Positions 12,047 to 25,529 of a DNA stretch of 64,000 bases are shown here, piece after piece. Location of the stretch: contig RDEW01000012.1 of NCBI GenBank assembly GCA_011109175.1, positions 1,337,438-1,401,437 of the forward strand, in the 5' to 3' direction. The translations under genes were made by a program, and so were the position numbers. The notes beneath the pieces were generated by a model that searched no databases, was not told the origin of the DNA, and worked only from the letters and a program-made list of their open reading frames with translations. Every line of letters starts with the position of its first letter. Position 1 is the stretch's first letter. The DNA is from Dicyema japonicum (taxonomy: Eukaryota > Animalia > Dicyemida).

Positions 12047-13323
12047 CACGTCAGCAATTGTCAAATGATAAGAATATCCCTTTTAAAGAAATAAAATTAA
12101 TTTACATTTTAATAGTAGTAGTGGCTAATTGAGTGAAAATATATAATAAAATTTATAAAAATAGTTTGGAAGTACTCAAGCGGAATAAATGTCAATTATA
12201 GCTAAAACATGTACTTTAATTGGGGAATGTGTTAATAATGGATCTAATAACCTCAATGATAATTTTATCGCTAAATCGATTTTTATGTTTGAATATGATG
12301 AAATAATTTTAAATTAACATTTTTTCATAAATTGATTAATTTTTTAATGTTGTCATCAATTCATGATAAAAATCATTTATGTTCATTTTTAACAACAACT
12401 CTATTCAAACAAAAGCATAATCAACAAATCAGACTCCAACTCTCAAGAGACGATTGATATTGTTAATCCCAAAGCGATGTGAAAACCATTCCGTTCGCGG
12501 GGAGGTCCCTGAGTTGTGTCGCGAGTTATTTTTTAATTTATTTTAAAATGTGTAAAATCGTGTATTTATGATAGCGTTAATCTTAGATGGATTCTCGATC
12601 CTTAGTTTATTCGAGTTGGATTAATTTATTACTTAGAAAATTTTATTATAAAAAAAACAAATACTAACTATATTTTTTCACGTGTCTACATTTCTACTCC
12701 TGAAAAGATTTTTCCGACTATTTACTATTATTTTCTTGCTCTGTAGGTTCTATAAGGGAAGTCATCCGACCTGCGCCGAAGAACGCGCTTTCCAGGGTAC
12801 TTTAGATAGACCTCACAGCCTCATTAAGCATCCACATGTAGTCTGGTTGACCACTCTGCCACACTTATAACAAAATGTTACACAGTTTTCATCTTCTGCT
12901 ACAATGTGGAGATCACCCTTATGTCCTTCGACCAATGGATTATTTTTCCATGCTGGTGCCATATAGAAAACACTTATAGACATCTACGTTGGATTCTTAA
13001 AGACATCAAAAATACGACTAGGAATATCTCTTAAGCTGATCTTTTTAATTAAAGTTTGACCGATTACTTTTTGAATAGTAATAATTTTATGATCTACTAA
13101 TTTTAGAGATTTTTGAAGTAATCTTTAATTTAAGCAAATTCAAACCTCCAAAAGCTTCATGATTCATATTACTTGGAATTTATTTTTCTGGAATTTTTGT
13201 GGTGAAATATGTTCAAAAGTACTGAGTTTCCAAGCAAATAATAGCATTAAAACCGCAGAATATTTAAAGTGCTTTGATAATGAAATTTTTGTTATTTATA
13301 ATATTAGTTGCGTTAATTTCTAA

Positions 13324-14178
13324 TTAATCGGAATATTTGCGGAATGTTCTACACAAAACGAACTTCCTCAGGTCTTATCCAGTCAACCAAAACATTTATG
13401 TAACAAAAATTCAGAAGAATTTGAAAATAAAAATTTCCCAAAATCCAATGAAGAGTCACTTGCCGAGAATAAAAAAACTTATTTATGTGCTTTGTGCACA
13501 TATAGGACATTTCATTACAGCAATATGTTTGTCCACATGAGAATTCACACAAGTTTCGATTAATTTTCAGTTGTAGAAGAAAAACCTTACTTTTGTGGTA
13601 CGTGTGGACACAGATCAAGCCAAGGAAGTACACTGAAAATGCATATAAAGGCAAAACATGCTGGAGCCATTAACGATCATTATAATGTCGATCATATAAG
13701 AAAAGTAAAACTCAATGTCGTAGAAAATAAAAATAATATTTGGTTTGCTGTTTCTAATAAAATAGACAATCTCTCCGGTATACATTGGAGATCAATTCTT
13801 GAATCCTCAGAATTGAACACACCTCTTAATGAGGATGTTCCAAACGACAAACCTTGTAACAATCAGTTTTCTGTTAGTGAACTTACGAAATCAGATTTTT
13901 ATAAAACTCATCGATCAATTAATTTTTTACCAATTATTCAATACCAAAATTATATCAACTACATGTTATTTCTTCAGCAATTGAATCCGATACTTTTTGA
14001 GTCTGCTAATCCAGCTGTTAAGAATTTTTGTACAAATAATAACTGCAACTGTAATTCAAGCAAAAACTGGATAATATTCAAACAGTCATATTTAGAATCA
14101 ACGCATATTTACTCTACAAAAAAAACGTTCAACAAAATCTTACAATATTCGATTTGTTTATGGTACTCAGATTATTGA
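13324..14178 (+). CDS. C2H2 zinc-finger protein, two fingers; 5' end unresolved
   Basis: YLCALCTYRTFHYSNMFVHMRIH-TKEKPY-FCGTCGHRSSQGSTLKMHIKAKH after removing a 24-nt GT-AG intron (13553-13576) that carries an in-frame TAA. Confidence 0.8.
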
Positions 14179-14374
14179 AAGAAATTTTTGGCCAGTAGTT
14201 ATTTCAACGATTTTGTTTTAGAAATTTTAGTTAAATTTTTTATTTAATAATTTTAATTTACTTAGTATGTTAAGCAAAAAAAGTAAGAATTTTATAATCG
14301 AATTGTACTAGTTCCACGCATTGTTAAAATTTTTTATTCTTATTTGGTGGATTTCATTGAAATAAATCTCCGCG

Positions 14375-14940
14375 ACGCCATGTGCTGCTATTAGTTGAAG
14401 ATTTCTGTTTTTTTGTTTGATCGTGCTCTTCCCCTTCCTATATAGTAGCGTCATGTCCCAGTGCCAAGCTGGCACGAAAAGGATCATTTGCTCTCCCACA
14501 CTCGAGGAGTTTCCACGACTGCAAGGAATGGAAATCTTTACCTAAGTTCCAGATGGACTTGTGTGACGTAAAAGGACCTCAAGACATCAAGTGTCACGTG
14601 AATCCTTGATGGCCTTTGGATCATTGAGCCAATGAAAATCACAACTTATGAATTAAAATCATCTAAGCATTAGTGTCCTCGTTGTCGGTAGATGGAATAA
14701 GGAAATCCGATATTTTTACAGTGGCACCTTTAAAATAGTTACAAAAATGATCAACGTATTAGTTTTAAATATTTCTTAGAGGAAAGATTCAATAAAAAAC
14801 TGTTGGTAGAAAATCCACCAAGACCCTGTTTCTATAACAGTGGGAACTGGATAAACTGGAAACACTTAACTAGGAAACTGGATACACTTAACTGTTGCTA
14901 ACTTTCTTGGTGTTTCCGGGATTAATAAATTAAATTAAAA
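14375..14940 (+). mobile_element. SINE-like family 2, interrupted copy
   Basis: Both ends match 10745-11057. Confidence 0.55.
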
Positions 14941-15574
14941 TTCACACTTTGAATAATTATTTATAACGGAATTGTATCAAAATGTATAAAAAAATTATGT
15001 GGAATTTTATCAAAATATAAAGACTTGTATTAAATAAGTCGTGTTGAAAAAAAACTCTATAAAGTATTTGGTTAGTCACAAGCACAGAATAAAGATCTTT
15101 AATGAAAATTTCATTTCTGTTATTACCAAATTGTGAAATACTATTTGTTAATTGTAAGAATATCCTATTGAAGATATGAACTGATTGATTTCAACGTGGA
15201 GAGAGGGGATAAGGATGAGTTGGTGGTAAGCTTTTATAAAAGGAGGAAAGTGACTTAGATATATTAAAAAATTAATTTATTATAGGAAAATCTGAAATTG
15301 AATATTACATCCAAAAATTATTAACACTGATAAAATAATGTTTATGCAATAAATAATGATTTTACATCAAATTTGTTATTGAAATACCAATTACCATAAA
15401 CGAGATAATAAATAATTCACATTATTGTGGTTTGGTTTTTTAATTAATTTAAACTGTTACCTTGTTGATGAATTGCTTAGTAATTTAAAAAACCCAATAC
15501 TATTTAGCAAGTAACCAGTTTTATACAAATTATTCCAAATCAGCTTATATTTATTCAACTATGAATTCCTAATG

Positions 15575-15780
15575 CTCTCTGGATGAGGTCCAATGAGGAC
15601 CAGGAGAAATCAATGAGACCAGTGAGGTGAATAGCACTTACCGTATGATGGACGGTGATTTGCCTTTCTATGGCAAACTAACTGTGGATTGACTCGTTAA
15701 AGAGGTACCACAGTCAGGGAATTGATGCAAAAGCCATGTTATTTCGACTGTCCCTTATCTCTAAGCTTACTTAATTCTAG
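15575..15780. repeat. Unclassified dispersed repeat
   Basis: Inverted homolog at 23760-23960 (GATGAGGTCC..ACTG.GGATTGACT). Confidence 0.55.
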
Positions 15781-16181
15781 GATAATAATAATTCAGGAAT
15801 GAATAAATGAATTCCTAATACATTTCCTAAGAAGGAATTTCTAGTTATACTTTAAAATAATATTATTTGAGCTGGCAGCTAACTCTGTAATATGAGATGG
15901 ATGATTTTAGCGATTTAAATAAATTGTTGAAGTAATACTTGGATTATGCAATCTATCATAAAAATTAGTGACAGATAAATTATCATCGATTCGATAAACT
16001 CAAGAATAGGGTAGAATCAGTAAACTATTTTATTTTCACTATTATGAATATGTGCCTAGAAAAGACTACAAGTTCAAATTCGAATAAACCGCATCTACTG
16101 CGGTTAAAAATTAGACTAATTGAAATTCTTTGGATTCACCAAACTTGTTAATTTTACTAAATCGTGTTAAAGAGAACTAAA

Positions 16182-17665
16182 TTAAGTGTTACGGACTACT
16201 TTGGAGTTCTTTCTTGTTAAACAAACAACTAAATGGTAAAATAATAATAAACCAATCAAAACGATGGAAATAATTATGACTGCGAAAATGCTAACTCCAA
16301 TAATGATATTTTTTACGGTTCCATAATTATCTTCTGAAGTACCATTGGATCCTTCACTTTGATGTTCATCATCAGTTAATATTATCCTGTATATTTTATA
16401 ATCAAATCCAGAATTATTTTCGGCAAACACATTATTTCGACTGACTCGTTGACCATCACAGCAATCACCCTAATATTCCTTACTATTTCTCTCAATTGGT
16501 CATTTCCCCTAAACCAATAAATAGTCGTTGATTCGGGATTCTCAATCTCACATATTAGCGGCATTGTTTTTGGCTTTTTAATGAAATCACTTCAATCTCG
16601 TTATTCATAATTTTCGGTTTTTCTATTATTATTGTATTAAGTTACCCATCAGTTGTATAGTGACATTCGTTAGGCTTAGAGATCTCGTTTGCAAACAAAG
16701 GGAAATACAGAGAAAGTCTCCCCCTTTTTCTAAGGCGCTTCGTTCAACTTTTTTCTGAACTTTATTAGTGTAAGTAATGGCTGAATCACTTTAGTAATAA
16801 ATAAATTTGAACCAAAAATAGAACAAGCAAAACTGTCCAAAATGATCCCCCTTGTGCAAAACAACGGTTCGTCAGGAAAGGCTAGGGTAACATTTTGAGT
16901 TAGTGGTGAGCCTAATATATCTAATAATTTAAAAACCTGAAATTGTTAAATTAATGTCTTTTGTGATGATTCCGCTGATTTCATGGATACATTTTATATT
17001 CGAATTGTTCATTGTGGAGCTTATGGAAATGAAGACCTGTTCTCCTAATCTTTAAATTTATTAGTTTACTTATTAGTTTAATATCCCATGTGGATTCGTC
17101 CGATCCGTTAATCAAAATTTTGAATTTTTTATCTGAAACATTTCCAAGTTCTCAACACACATGAATGAAAAATGATCGTTTGGCTGTTTTTGGACAATTA
17201 TAGTGGATTCAGTTGGTTCTAAAAATAATTGATCAAACAAACTCAGCTCAATCACTGTAATAGTGGAGATGTAATATTTCCATCACAACCACTGGACACG
17301 CACACATACTGCTCTTTCGATGACAATCGTTTGGTGAATGACAGATTATTACCCTTCGTAATGCTAACTTTTTGATTTAATTCATAGGGGACCTTTCCAA
17401 TAAATTCTAGTTTTTGAAATAACGTTACTGAGTTCCGAAATGAGCTTCAGATCTGCACTGTATAGTAAGTCCTGGATAAGAGTAAATTAGTAATCGTGGT
17501 AGTTCTGTGAATCTATGTTGGATTGTGTTCTCAACAAAATAAAGTAGTGTGAGTAGTATCATTCCCTACATTATACTCCGAAGTCTTTATATATTAATAT
17601 TCAATGAATAATATGAATTTACGAGCCAAACTGTCAATTATTATTTCCAGTATGCATAGAATCAT
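16182..17665 (-). pseudogene. Ig-superfamily type I membrane protein, copy B (frameshifted)
   Basis: Colinear paralog of 5870-7365; frameshift near 16430; TM segment IIIGVSIFAVIIISIVLIGLLLF. Confidence 0.65.
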
Positions 17666-17959
17666 ATTAACTAAATCCTATTCCTTCTGACAGGTTTTCT
17701 TCCACGTCCTTTCAATTTTTGGTTAAATGGGATTTTTCCCATATACTACTTTTATAATTCTTCATAACTCCTAGTTTCCAATTCCTCCTGAGTCTCTGTC
17801 AATGTTCACAAAAAAGGAAACCATTGGGTGTTCGCTTATCATGAAAGTAAGTAGAATTTCGTCCAATACAGGTATTTCACCCCTCAATTATTTCCGATTA
17901 CTCCTCCAAATACTTATCTGCCAGAATTAAATACAAACAAATTTATTTACAAAAACAAA

Positions 17960-19779
17960 TCAAGAAATTGATAGAATCTGAGCACATGTAACCTCCATTC
18001 CTGATTTGACTGAATCATTTTCTTGAAGACTAGCATATGCGAATGTCCCCATTCTTTCTCCACGCATTACCCGTCCAGGATTAACACACAGACAGCCATC
18101 CACGTTCTAAAATAGGCACAAGCTGAACCTTGATAAAATACTTCAAGTCAGAGGCAACAAGCATAACATGAGGGCGGTGGTCATATAATTCTGGGGTTAT
18201 TCGTTCACTATAAAACAAATAATTTTCCATAGAAGGTGGAGGGTAAACAGGTTGAAATGAACGCTGGGAAAGCACGTGAGTCAAAAGACGACTAATTCTG
18301 TCACCTGATGTACTACATTGGATAAGTAAGGATGCAATTACTTTGAGATTTCCCCCGCACTTAACATGAAGATCGAATCTGTCGAACAGGATGAGACTAA
18401 AAACTGACTACCAATCGTGAGGGAATTAGGGTTAGATACACAATGAATTCGACTATGATTAGCACAGTCAAAGGGTGGCTGAGGATATACAGGCATATGG
18501 AAGGCATCCCTCTCTGATGGCACTAACACAATTTCAAGTCTTTCATTATTTGTAGATTGCAAGCACTCCTTTAGTAACATGACGACTCTGTTGAACATTT
18601 CTTCATAGGAATATTGTAAGGATTTGGTTTTTATGTCAACAAACGGACCCATCTAACCATTAATGCACAAACTTACCAAAAATAGCACATCAACCCCTGA
18701 TTCATGCTCAATCACATGTCTTAGTAGTAAGGAGAGAGTATCTAACCCCTCATCTGAGCTATAAGGCCCACAAGCCACAGCCAATCCCATCCCTCGCTTG
18801 TCAGTGAATCCACCAAGAGGTCTTTGAACTCCAAGGAACTGAGGGAGCGGGGGCTAAATGCTTGCAACATAAATACCAAGTAAATCTGAGAAACAGCGAA
18901 GACATTACCACCGGGATTACAGCCATGCAACATGACCACCTAAATAATATGCAAGTCCACCTGTCCCGGAAACAAAGTGTATGAGTTAGCGATGTTAGAA
19001 AAGTCCAATGATACGGTGAGACCACATGATGTTTCAAGAGATCCTAACAACTGCAAAGAGTTGATGTGAGTTTTATCACTTTCATTCACAATCATTCCTA
19101 CAATGTGGACTTGTTCCTTAATATAAAAGAAATTAAACCTGCGAGGGAAGACTCACGTGGGATAAATGCTCAATGTTGTAATGCTGACAGAAAAGATTGT
19201 CAAAATAATGTATTTTACGGTTTAATGAGATTGCCACATCAGCAGATTTATAAAACATAAATTTGTAGGGTTTAATGAAATACAGTGGAGTCATCGAGAT
19301 TGTCCATCCTCTGTACCCTTTGTTAGTTGAGTTTATTCCATTGAATGAGTACAAGACTGAGGATTCAGTCTTTGATTCGTTAAACTAGGATTACTTATAT
19401 GTTATACCGAATTGTCCCCATAATCTGATAGGATTGATTTGTTGAGAAAACTTGGAGTCTACAATAATGAAAGTAAATACTGAGAGTCTCTTCTCTGTCT
19501 TGTGGTCCCCGACAACCTTCTATGAATAAGAATAGTCATAACATTATGAAACGAACTGGAGAAAGCATTAATAGTATCAATATTCAAAACACAGTCATGA
19601 GTGCATGAGTAGGCCATCCATTCAGCAGCTAACAATTGTGGTGTAATACTGAATGTGATTGCTATATGTTGTACTGCATTGTTTATATGACTGATACATT
19701 TGTTTATAATATTTATGTCTGCTATATCCACCATGTAATACGAAAATTCTTCTTTTATTTCTTCTATCCTTGCCCCCAT
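17960..19779 (-). CDS. POLA2: DNA polymerase alpha subunit B
   Basis: Splicing 10 GT-AG introns of 21-29 nt gives an unbroken frame with LAAEWMAY, YKFMF, YTLFPGQVV..GCNP.G, ACGPY, LMGPFVD, VLVPSERD.FH.PVYPQPPF, SDLKYFIK-NVDGCLCVNPGR. Confidence 0.95.
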
Positions 19780-19834
19780 TCACTATTCAAATATTAATAT
19801 TTTATTTATTATTTATTTTTATTAAATAATAAAT

Positions 19835-20560
19835 ATTTTTCTGCTAATCTGTTGCTCTCCGAAAGCCTGACGGCGGTGTCAGACCGATTGCTATTGGAAA
19901 CGTGTTCAGGAGACTTGCAGCTAAAGTCGCTTGCTTTTCTGGGGTTCAAAGATTACTTCCTATTTCAGTCCTATACAGATGGGCGTTGGAGTTCGTGGCG
20001 GTGCAGAGGCTTGTGTCCACGCAGTGAGGAGTTTTTTCACGTCGTCGTCCGAATGCAAAAGAGGACGTTGTTGTCTGCAAAGTAGATCTTAAGAACGCAT
20101 TTAATTCCATAAGGAGAGATCATTTATTGGAGTTATGCCAAAAAAAATTTACCACATATTTGGGAGATTGTTCGCCTTTCATATTCTAATCCATCATCAT
20201 TGGTTTTCCACGATGCCATCATTAAATCACGAACTGGTGTTCAACAAGGCGACCCACTTGGACCTCTTCTTTTGCTTTGGGGATCCAGGGATAGCCGCAT
20301 GCTTAAAATCACCTTTAATTTATGGTATTTGGATGACGGTACATTTTCGCACCTGTCGCGATTGAAACTTCGGGGAACTTTGGCCCTAAAACGCTGAAGT
20401 TCCTGAACCATTTGGGAAAACTACTAACTGACAAAACTGGTGATCTTCGTGAGACGAGATGGCTCAAGAAGAGGCTCTCGTTGGCTGTTGTCCGTGGGAA
20501 TAGCTGTTGTCCGTGGAATCTCCAACAGCTGAATTAAAATTAACTATTCTTTTTCCATTT
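19835..20560 (+). mobile_element. CRE-like retrotransposon, internally deleted
   Basis: VDLKNAFNSI, GVQQGDPLGP, WYLDDG, then RLE end WLKKRLSLAVVRGN. Confidence 0.85.
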
Positions 20561-20583
20561 AAAATTTTGTAATATTAATAGTA

Positions 20584-20800
20584 AGGCCTCTGAACCCCTG
20601 GTTTGAATCTCGTTGCTGTACATTCCGACTGAAGGTTCCACGCATCACGTATTTAAATGAACAATTAAGCACAGATGTATGGGTTTGAACCCCCACCGGA
20701 GGGTATGGGTTTGATCAAAAACTTCTTCTGTTCATTTCCATGGACTAGAATGACATCATCTGATAGGTCTGTTTAAGGTGGCATCCATCTGGCAGGGACA
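20584..20800 (+). mobile_element. Degenerate tRNA-headed SINE
   Basis: GGTTTGAATCTCGTTGCTG..GAAGGTTCCACGCATC matches the SINE1 head; the distal part (CTGTTTAAGGTGGC) resembles family 2. Confidence 0.5.
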
Positions 20801-21194
20801 TACGTTTTATACTTCTTTTCTTTCGAAATGTCGTCGAATGGTATTTTACAAAGTTTAAAGGTAGTTTAGATTACATTGAACAGATTGCTTGGTGGACTGA
20901 CTACCCTTAAAAACGTCCGTTGTTCTTAGGTAGGAAATGCTTAGCAGAGATGAATTTTTAAATTATGTCTGATGACTCTGTAACAGCTTCTGGATTAGTT
21001 TACTGCTGTTGTAACTTATGGATTAAAATTTGCGTCAATTAATGTAATTTAATTCTATTGCTAAGAAACTGGATGGAAAGTAATAGTGAGGTGATGGAAA
21101 CCCTGAACGATGCAATATATGATAAAGAACTATTGGAAGAGGTAAGAATAAACTTATTGGAGATTTATTACAAGTACTCCACTAATGTTGATCA

Positions 21195-21730
21195 TGGCCA
21201 CAGAAAGAATACAAATTAACCTGGATCGGCTTAATGCCTGGATAATGGAAAACCGGTTCGTGGTGAATGCAGAGAAGTCGTCTACGTCCCTTTTTTACCT
21301 CTGACACAAGATTGGGAAGGAAGACAGTCACTTGAAATCAAACAAGGTTGACATCTTCTTCAAGTGATGTCAAAGGATCTTGGGTGTGACAATTGATATG
21401 CATTCTGTTTGACACCACACGTAGAAAACATTCTATCGAAATGCGAGAAGAAACTGAACGTATTGAAAAGTTTATCGGGAATCACTCACCCGGACCTGAT
21501 GAACGTGTATAAATACATCGAGCATGTTACTCGTATGCATGTGCCGTCTAGTGGGGACCGTGCATATCTTGGACAAATATGAGAAAAATCGAAGAAATGC
21601 AAAAGAGGGCTTACTGAGTATCGGAGCGCTGGATTTGTGAAGATCACCGAACCGGTCCGACGCTCTGGAGGCCCTTATGAGACTAGACTCCAGATCACGG
21701 AAATGTGGCCCTGAAAAATCAGTAAGTAAT
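21195..21730 (+). mobile_element. Jockey/I-like LINE fragment
   Basis: Homologous to 48755-49300. Confidence 0.8.
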
Positions 21731-22269
21731 TATCATGCCAAAACCGCCGAAAATAAGGAAAACAAAATATCTAAAGTCGAATACGTTAGTCATTGTAGAA
21801 AAAAGGTGAAACTATAATCTCCAAAATTGGAGAGCTAAAACGGATTAATTCAAATATTAAGAAAAGTGAGTAAAGTTAAGCGAAAAATATTTAAAATTAA
21901 TTTGAACAAAAAGATGAAAATGAGTTACATAAAAATTACAAAGTTTCATAAACTCTCAAGTTTGAGCAATACACTGTTCGTAGCGTCAAGTCCTAAACAG
22001 CTGTATAAGGAACAGATTACTAATGAATCACGCGTTTCTGTTAAATATTCAGTTTCGTAGAAAATCGACTTAATTAGACACCAAAATTTTTTAATCGACT
22101 CAAATAACATTAATCAGCTTAAAAGTAGATATAGAATTCTCGAAAATAAGATTGAAAAATTGTTAGATAAAAGCTAGGTGCTGTTCTATTCACGGAAAAT
22201 CTGCTTGAAGTTTTTATGTGGTGCAAAACAGGAGAGGTTGATAAGATGGCAAATTGTGAAAAAAGACTC

Positions 22270-22430
22270 AATTATTAATTATTAAAAAGAGCACTCCCGA
22301 GAAAACATAAAATTAGTTAAGTTTCCCTTGTGCCGTATTCCTAATGGTCCTCTCCGTCAGCCGACCATGATCCTCTGTTGCGCGCTAGTTCTCTTAGGTA
22401 GTCTAGGTCGTCCGCCATTTCCATTATAAT
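22270..22430 (-). mobile_element. RTE LINE 3' end
   Basis: DDLDYLRELARNRGSW; 3' UTR similar to 51500-51575. Confidence 0.65.
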
Positions 22431-22994
22431 GTTAGATGCTACCCACACTCTTGTAACCCAGTTAATCCGGTCCTGATGGAGTGCAAATTCGAGACCATAA
22501 TGTCGGCAGGCCGATGAGAGGGTAAAAAGGTGGAATTTTCTAAACAGTTCTGTAAATTGTATGGTCGTTTTTGTCTTGATCAAAATCTGACTTACATAAA
22601 CCGAAATCAGATCAAAAATTCTTAAATGTCAGGAATAATCGAGTGCATTATAAACTAAGGAAATGCTTGTTTAAAGACTAGCAAGAATTAACACCCTTTA
22701 TTAAACCATAAGTCCTGTTAGGTTATTCATTTTTTAGTTTCACTTACTTTTTTTAGTTTACCCTTCATCTTATTTTTTTTGACTTCTTCCATTACTTTGT
22801 CTTTTCCTTTTGGTTGTGTTGGCACTCCTTCAGGTTGAGTTTTTCTTAAAATAATAACCCAAATTACCCCATAGTGAATGTCAAATGTGCGCTAATCAAT
22901 CTAATATAGGATGAGGATTAATTCATTTACGTTGGAATATTATTACTTCCGCGTTTGATAGATTTATGTCATGTTTTAATGTTAACATTTAGTT

Positions 22995-23140
22995 GGGCAA
23001 TTTTTCCTTGAAGGATAACATTTGCGAATGTTCCCATTTTTCATACTCCACTTAGCCATCAAGGATCAGCACACAATTCAACTTACGGAAAATATTTCAA
23101 GTTGAAGCCAACACACATAACTTGAGGTCTTTTGGCAATA
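22995..23140 (-). pseudogene. Diverged POLA2 C-terminal fragment
   Basis: KRPQVMCVGFNLKYF..KMGTFANVILQ versus HRPHVMLVASDLKYF..RMGTFAYASLQ in POLA2. Confidence 0.65.
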
Positions 23141-23217
23141 ATACAAGACTATTCAACAAACATGGATTTGAGATAAAATCAAGTGGAAATCTGGTTATTT
23201 CATAGTTTAAAAATGTT

Positions 23218-23423
23218 AATAATAACAGCCTTTTCACGAGAGCCATAATATTTAATTCTCCGCATAGGCAGGACACACTTTATTTAAGTAAAGAACAGTT
23301 AATTTTAACTAATCATAGAGCAAAGGAATGATCTTCACTTCTGTTTTCTTTTTCTTGTATGTGGTTCTTTTTAGACTATCCAGTTCCGCAGTGAAGTCCA
23401 CTGATGACGGCGTCACTCATTAA
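23218..23423 (-). mobile_element. SINE family 1, 5'-truncated copy
   Basis: Direct match to 60818-61030. Confidence 0.85.
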
Positions 23424-24169
23424 TGTCCAGTTTACGAATTCTCTGAGAAATTGATAGTTCAAAGGTAAAATCGCTAAAGAACAGTCAGAAACTTTATTAT
23501 ACATTCCGATGCTAATCGTTTGTAAGGTGGAAGGGAAAGAGGCCATTCACACAGGTGGCGTCCTAGACGAGGTATCCCGTAGGAATATAGTTTTCTCGTC
23601 AGACCATTTGTTGTTTGGGCCAGACCAAGAGGCTCAATCTGAACAGGGATCCAGGACTATGAAGTATTTTTTTATAATGGTCTTGTAAAGTAATTTTTCG
23701 TCTTAATCTGATTAACCGGTTAATAAAGATTAAGAGATATGAATGAATAAATTCTTATCACGGAATTAAGGTTACAGATGAGAGACAGGTCCTCACTGGG
23801 GGGTCCTTTTTCAATCAGTCAATCCGCAGTAAAGTGACTATGAAGGAAGATCACGGCTCTTCATACAGAAGGCCGCTATTCTCTCCTCCACAGTCGGCCT
23901 ATGGCCTAATCTCAACATTTTCATCTGGTTCTTATTAACTCACGTCGGACCTCATCTGGAGGGGGAACTTTATAGGTGATTGTCTTTATCAAGACATTTT
24001 CTATTTTCGGGGAAAAACCATTCCCTGTATTTACATAAAAGTGATTTTTAATAAAAAGTAGCCAAAACGATCTCCCTGAAGGCCATGAGAAAACTAACCC
24101 ATGGAATCCGGAACTTTCGAAGACACATCGTCGCTTGTAATTTCTTCTACCTAGATCAATATCTTCTCT

Positions 24170-25230
24170 GTAGTCGTTTTAAGTCTAAATTGCACACATA
24201 GCTAGTAAGTTCTTACTTTTCACCACAAGTAATTTACAATCCGAATAGCATTTCCTGAGATCGAAAATATGAATACAATTTGTCTTTTCGATAGAGAGGT
24301 CGACCTCTTATTTTGAACCAGACATCAATCCAGCTAATGTATTCCAAATTCCTCATTCGAAAGTCCCAGTTTTTGTACTTATCTGAGACGAAAACGTTGT
24401 TGGCATAAATAAGCAATTGTGAATGCCATATCTGCTTGGGAAGTCCGTTATAAATGTTTAAAAAATTCTCAGGGTAGATCACTAAAGGACACTGTTTCAT
24501 CAAAGTCTCTTCAGAGATGAGTTCTTGTTTCAAAAATAATTTTCTTCCACATATGAAGCTTTGATTAAATAATTCAGATTATTCGGTATACTCGCTCACC
24601 AAAGCTGTTTCTGTATGCCGCAAAATGTCAAAAGCCTTGAAAATATCGATGAAAATGAAATTGAGATGATTTAAAAGCACGTGTATTTGAGATAGAATAG
24701 TCAGTTATCGCAGGACATCTCCAGTCGAAAGTCAAACAGATTCCGCTTCAGAAAGTTCAGTTTGAAAATCTCTTGTAGATTGTTATTTTTTTGGTGGTCA
24801 ATTGTTAATAAAGAGGCTACATTTTTTATATTTGACGAGAGTGCCCCCTCTAGGACAGTATTGTCAGTTAGGGTTGGGCGTCTACTACAAATTCCATACG
24901 TTCGATATTCTTTTCACCTGATAGACTCCTCTGAAAAATATTCACGTGGCCGGTATCCGTTTGTTGTATTTTTCAATTTTTTAGTTGAATACGCCTTATG
25001 TCTAGACAAACGACAGATAATAAAGCTCCAAGGATGTAGCTTCTATTCGAGCTAATATCCAGCATTGAAATGATCTCTTTCTTCTCTGACGAAGCGACCA
25101 ATGTTCCTAGTGGTCATTTTGATGCTCTTAGTATAGTAAATTAAGTCATCATCTTCGATCGAGAAAGCTAATTTTTTCGGAATAACTCCAAGAGCTTCAA
25201 TATGATGTCTGCGACTTTTTGATTACTAGG
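24170..25230 (-). mobile_element. Degenerate LINE remnant (L1/Tx1-like C-terminus?)
   Basis: WIDVWFKI..RKDKLYSY resembles a zf-RVT segment; many stops and no micro-intron pattern. Confidence 0.35.
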
Positions 25231-25529
25231 ACAACCGAAAAGTTGCATTAAAAAAAATTGACCTTAAAATGTCAATTAAATTGCCCTAGAATATTAAACT
25301 GCTGACCTAATAGGTATAAAAAGTTGACCTAAAAATGATAAGTTGATTTTATTTTTTTAAACACGAAATGAGATAATATTTTACATTTTTACTTATATCA
25401 TTTGTTAAAATTTTGCGAAAAAGCGATAATGACCTCTCCACTTAGCAAGATGTTGCCTGGAATTCGATTATCAATGAAAGAAATTACTATTTCAGTTGAT
25501 TCTAGTTTTATTAATGCAAAAACTAACAG

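Noticed and set aside
15578-15612. CTGGATGAG-GTCC-AATGA-GGAC, hammerhead-like
   Set aside because: The core is imperfect and the stem is not kept in the homolog at 23.9 kb.
17960-19779. Alternative genetic code explaining the many stops
   Set aside because: POLA2 and two lectins translate fully in the standard code after splicing and end in TGA or TAA.
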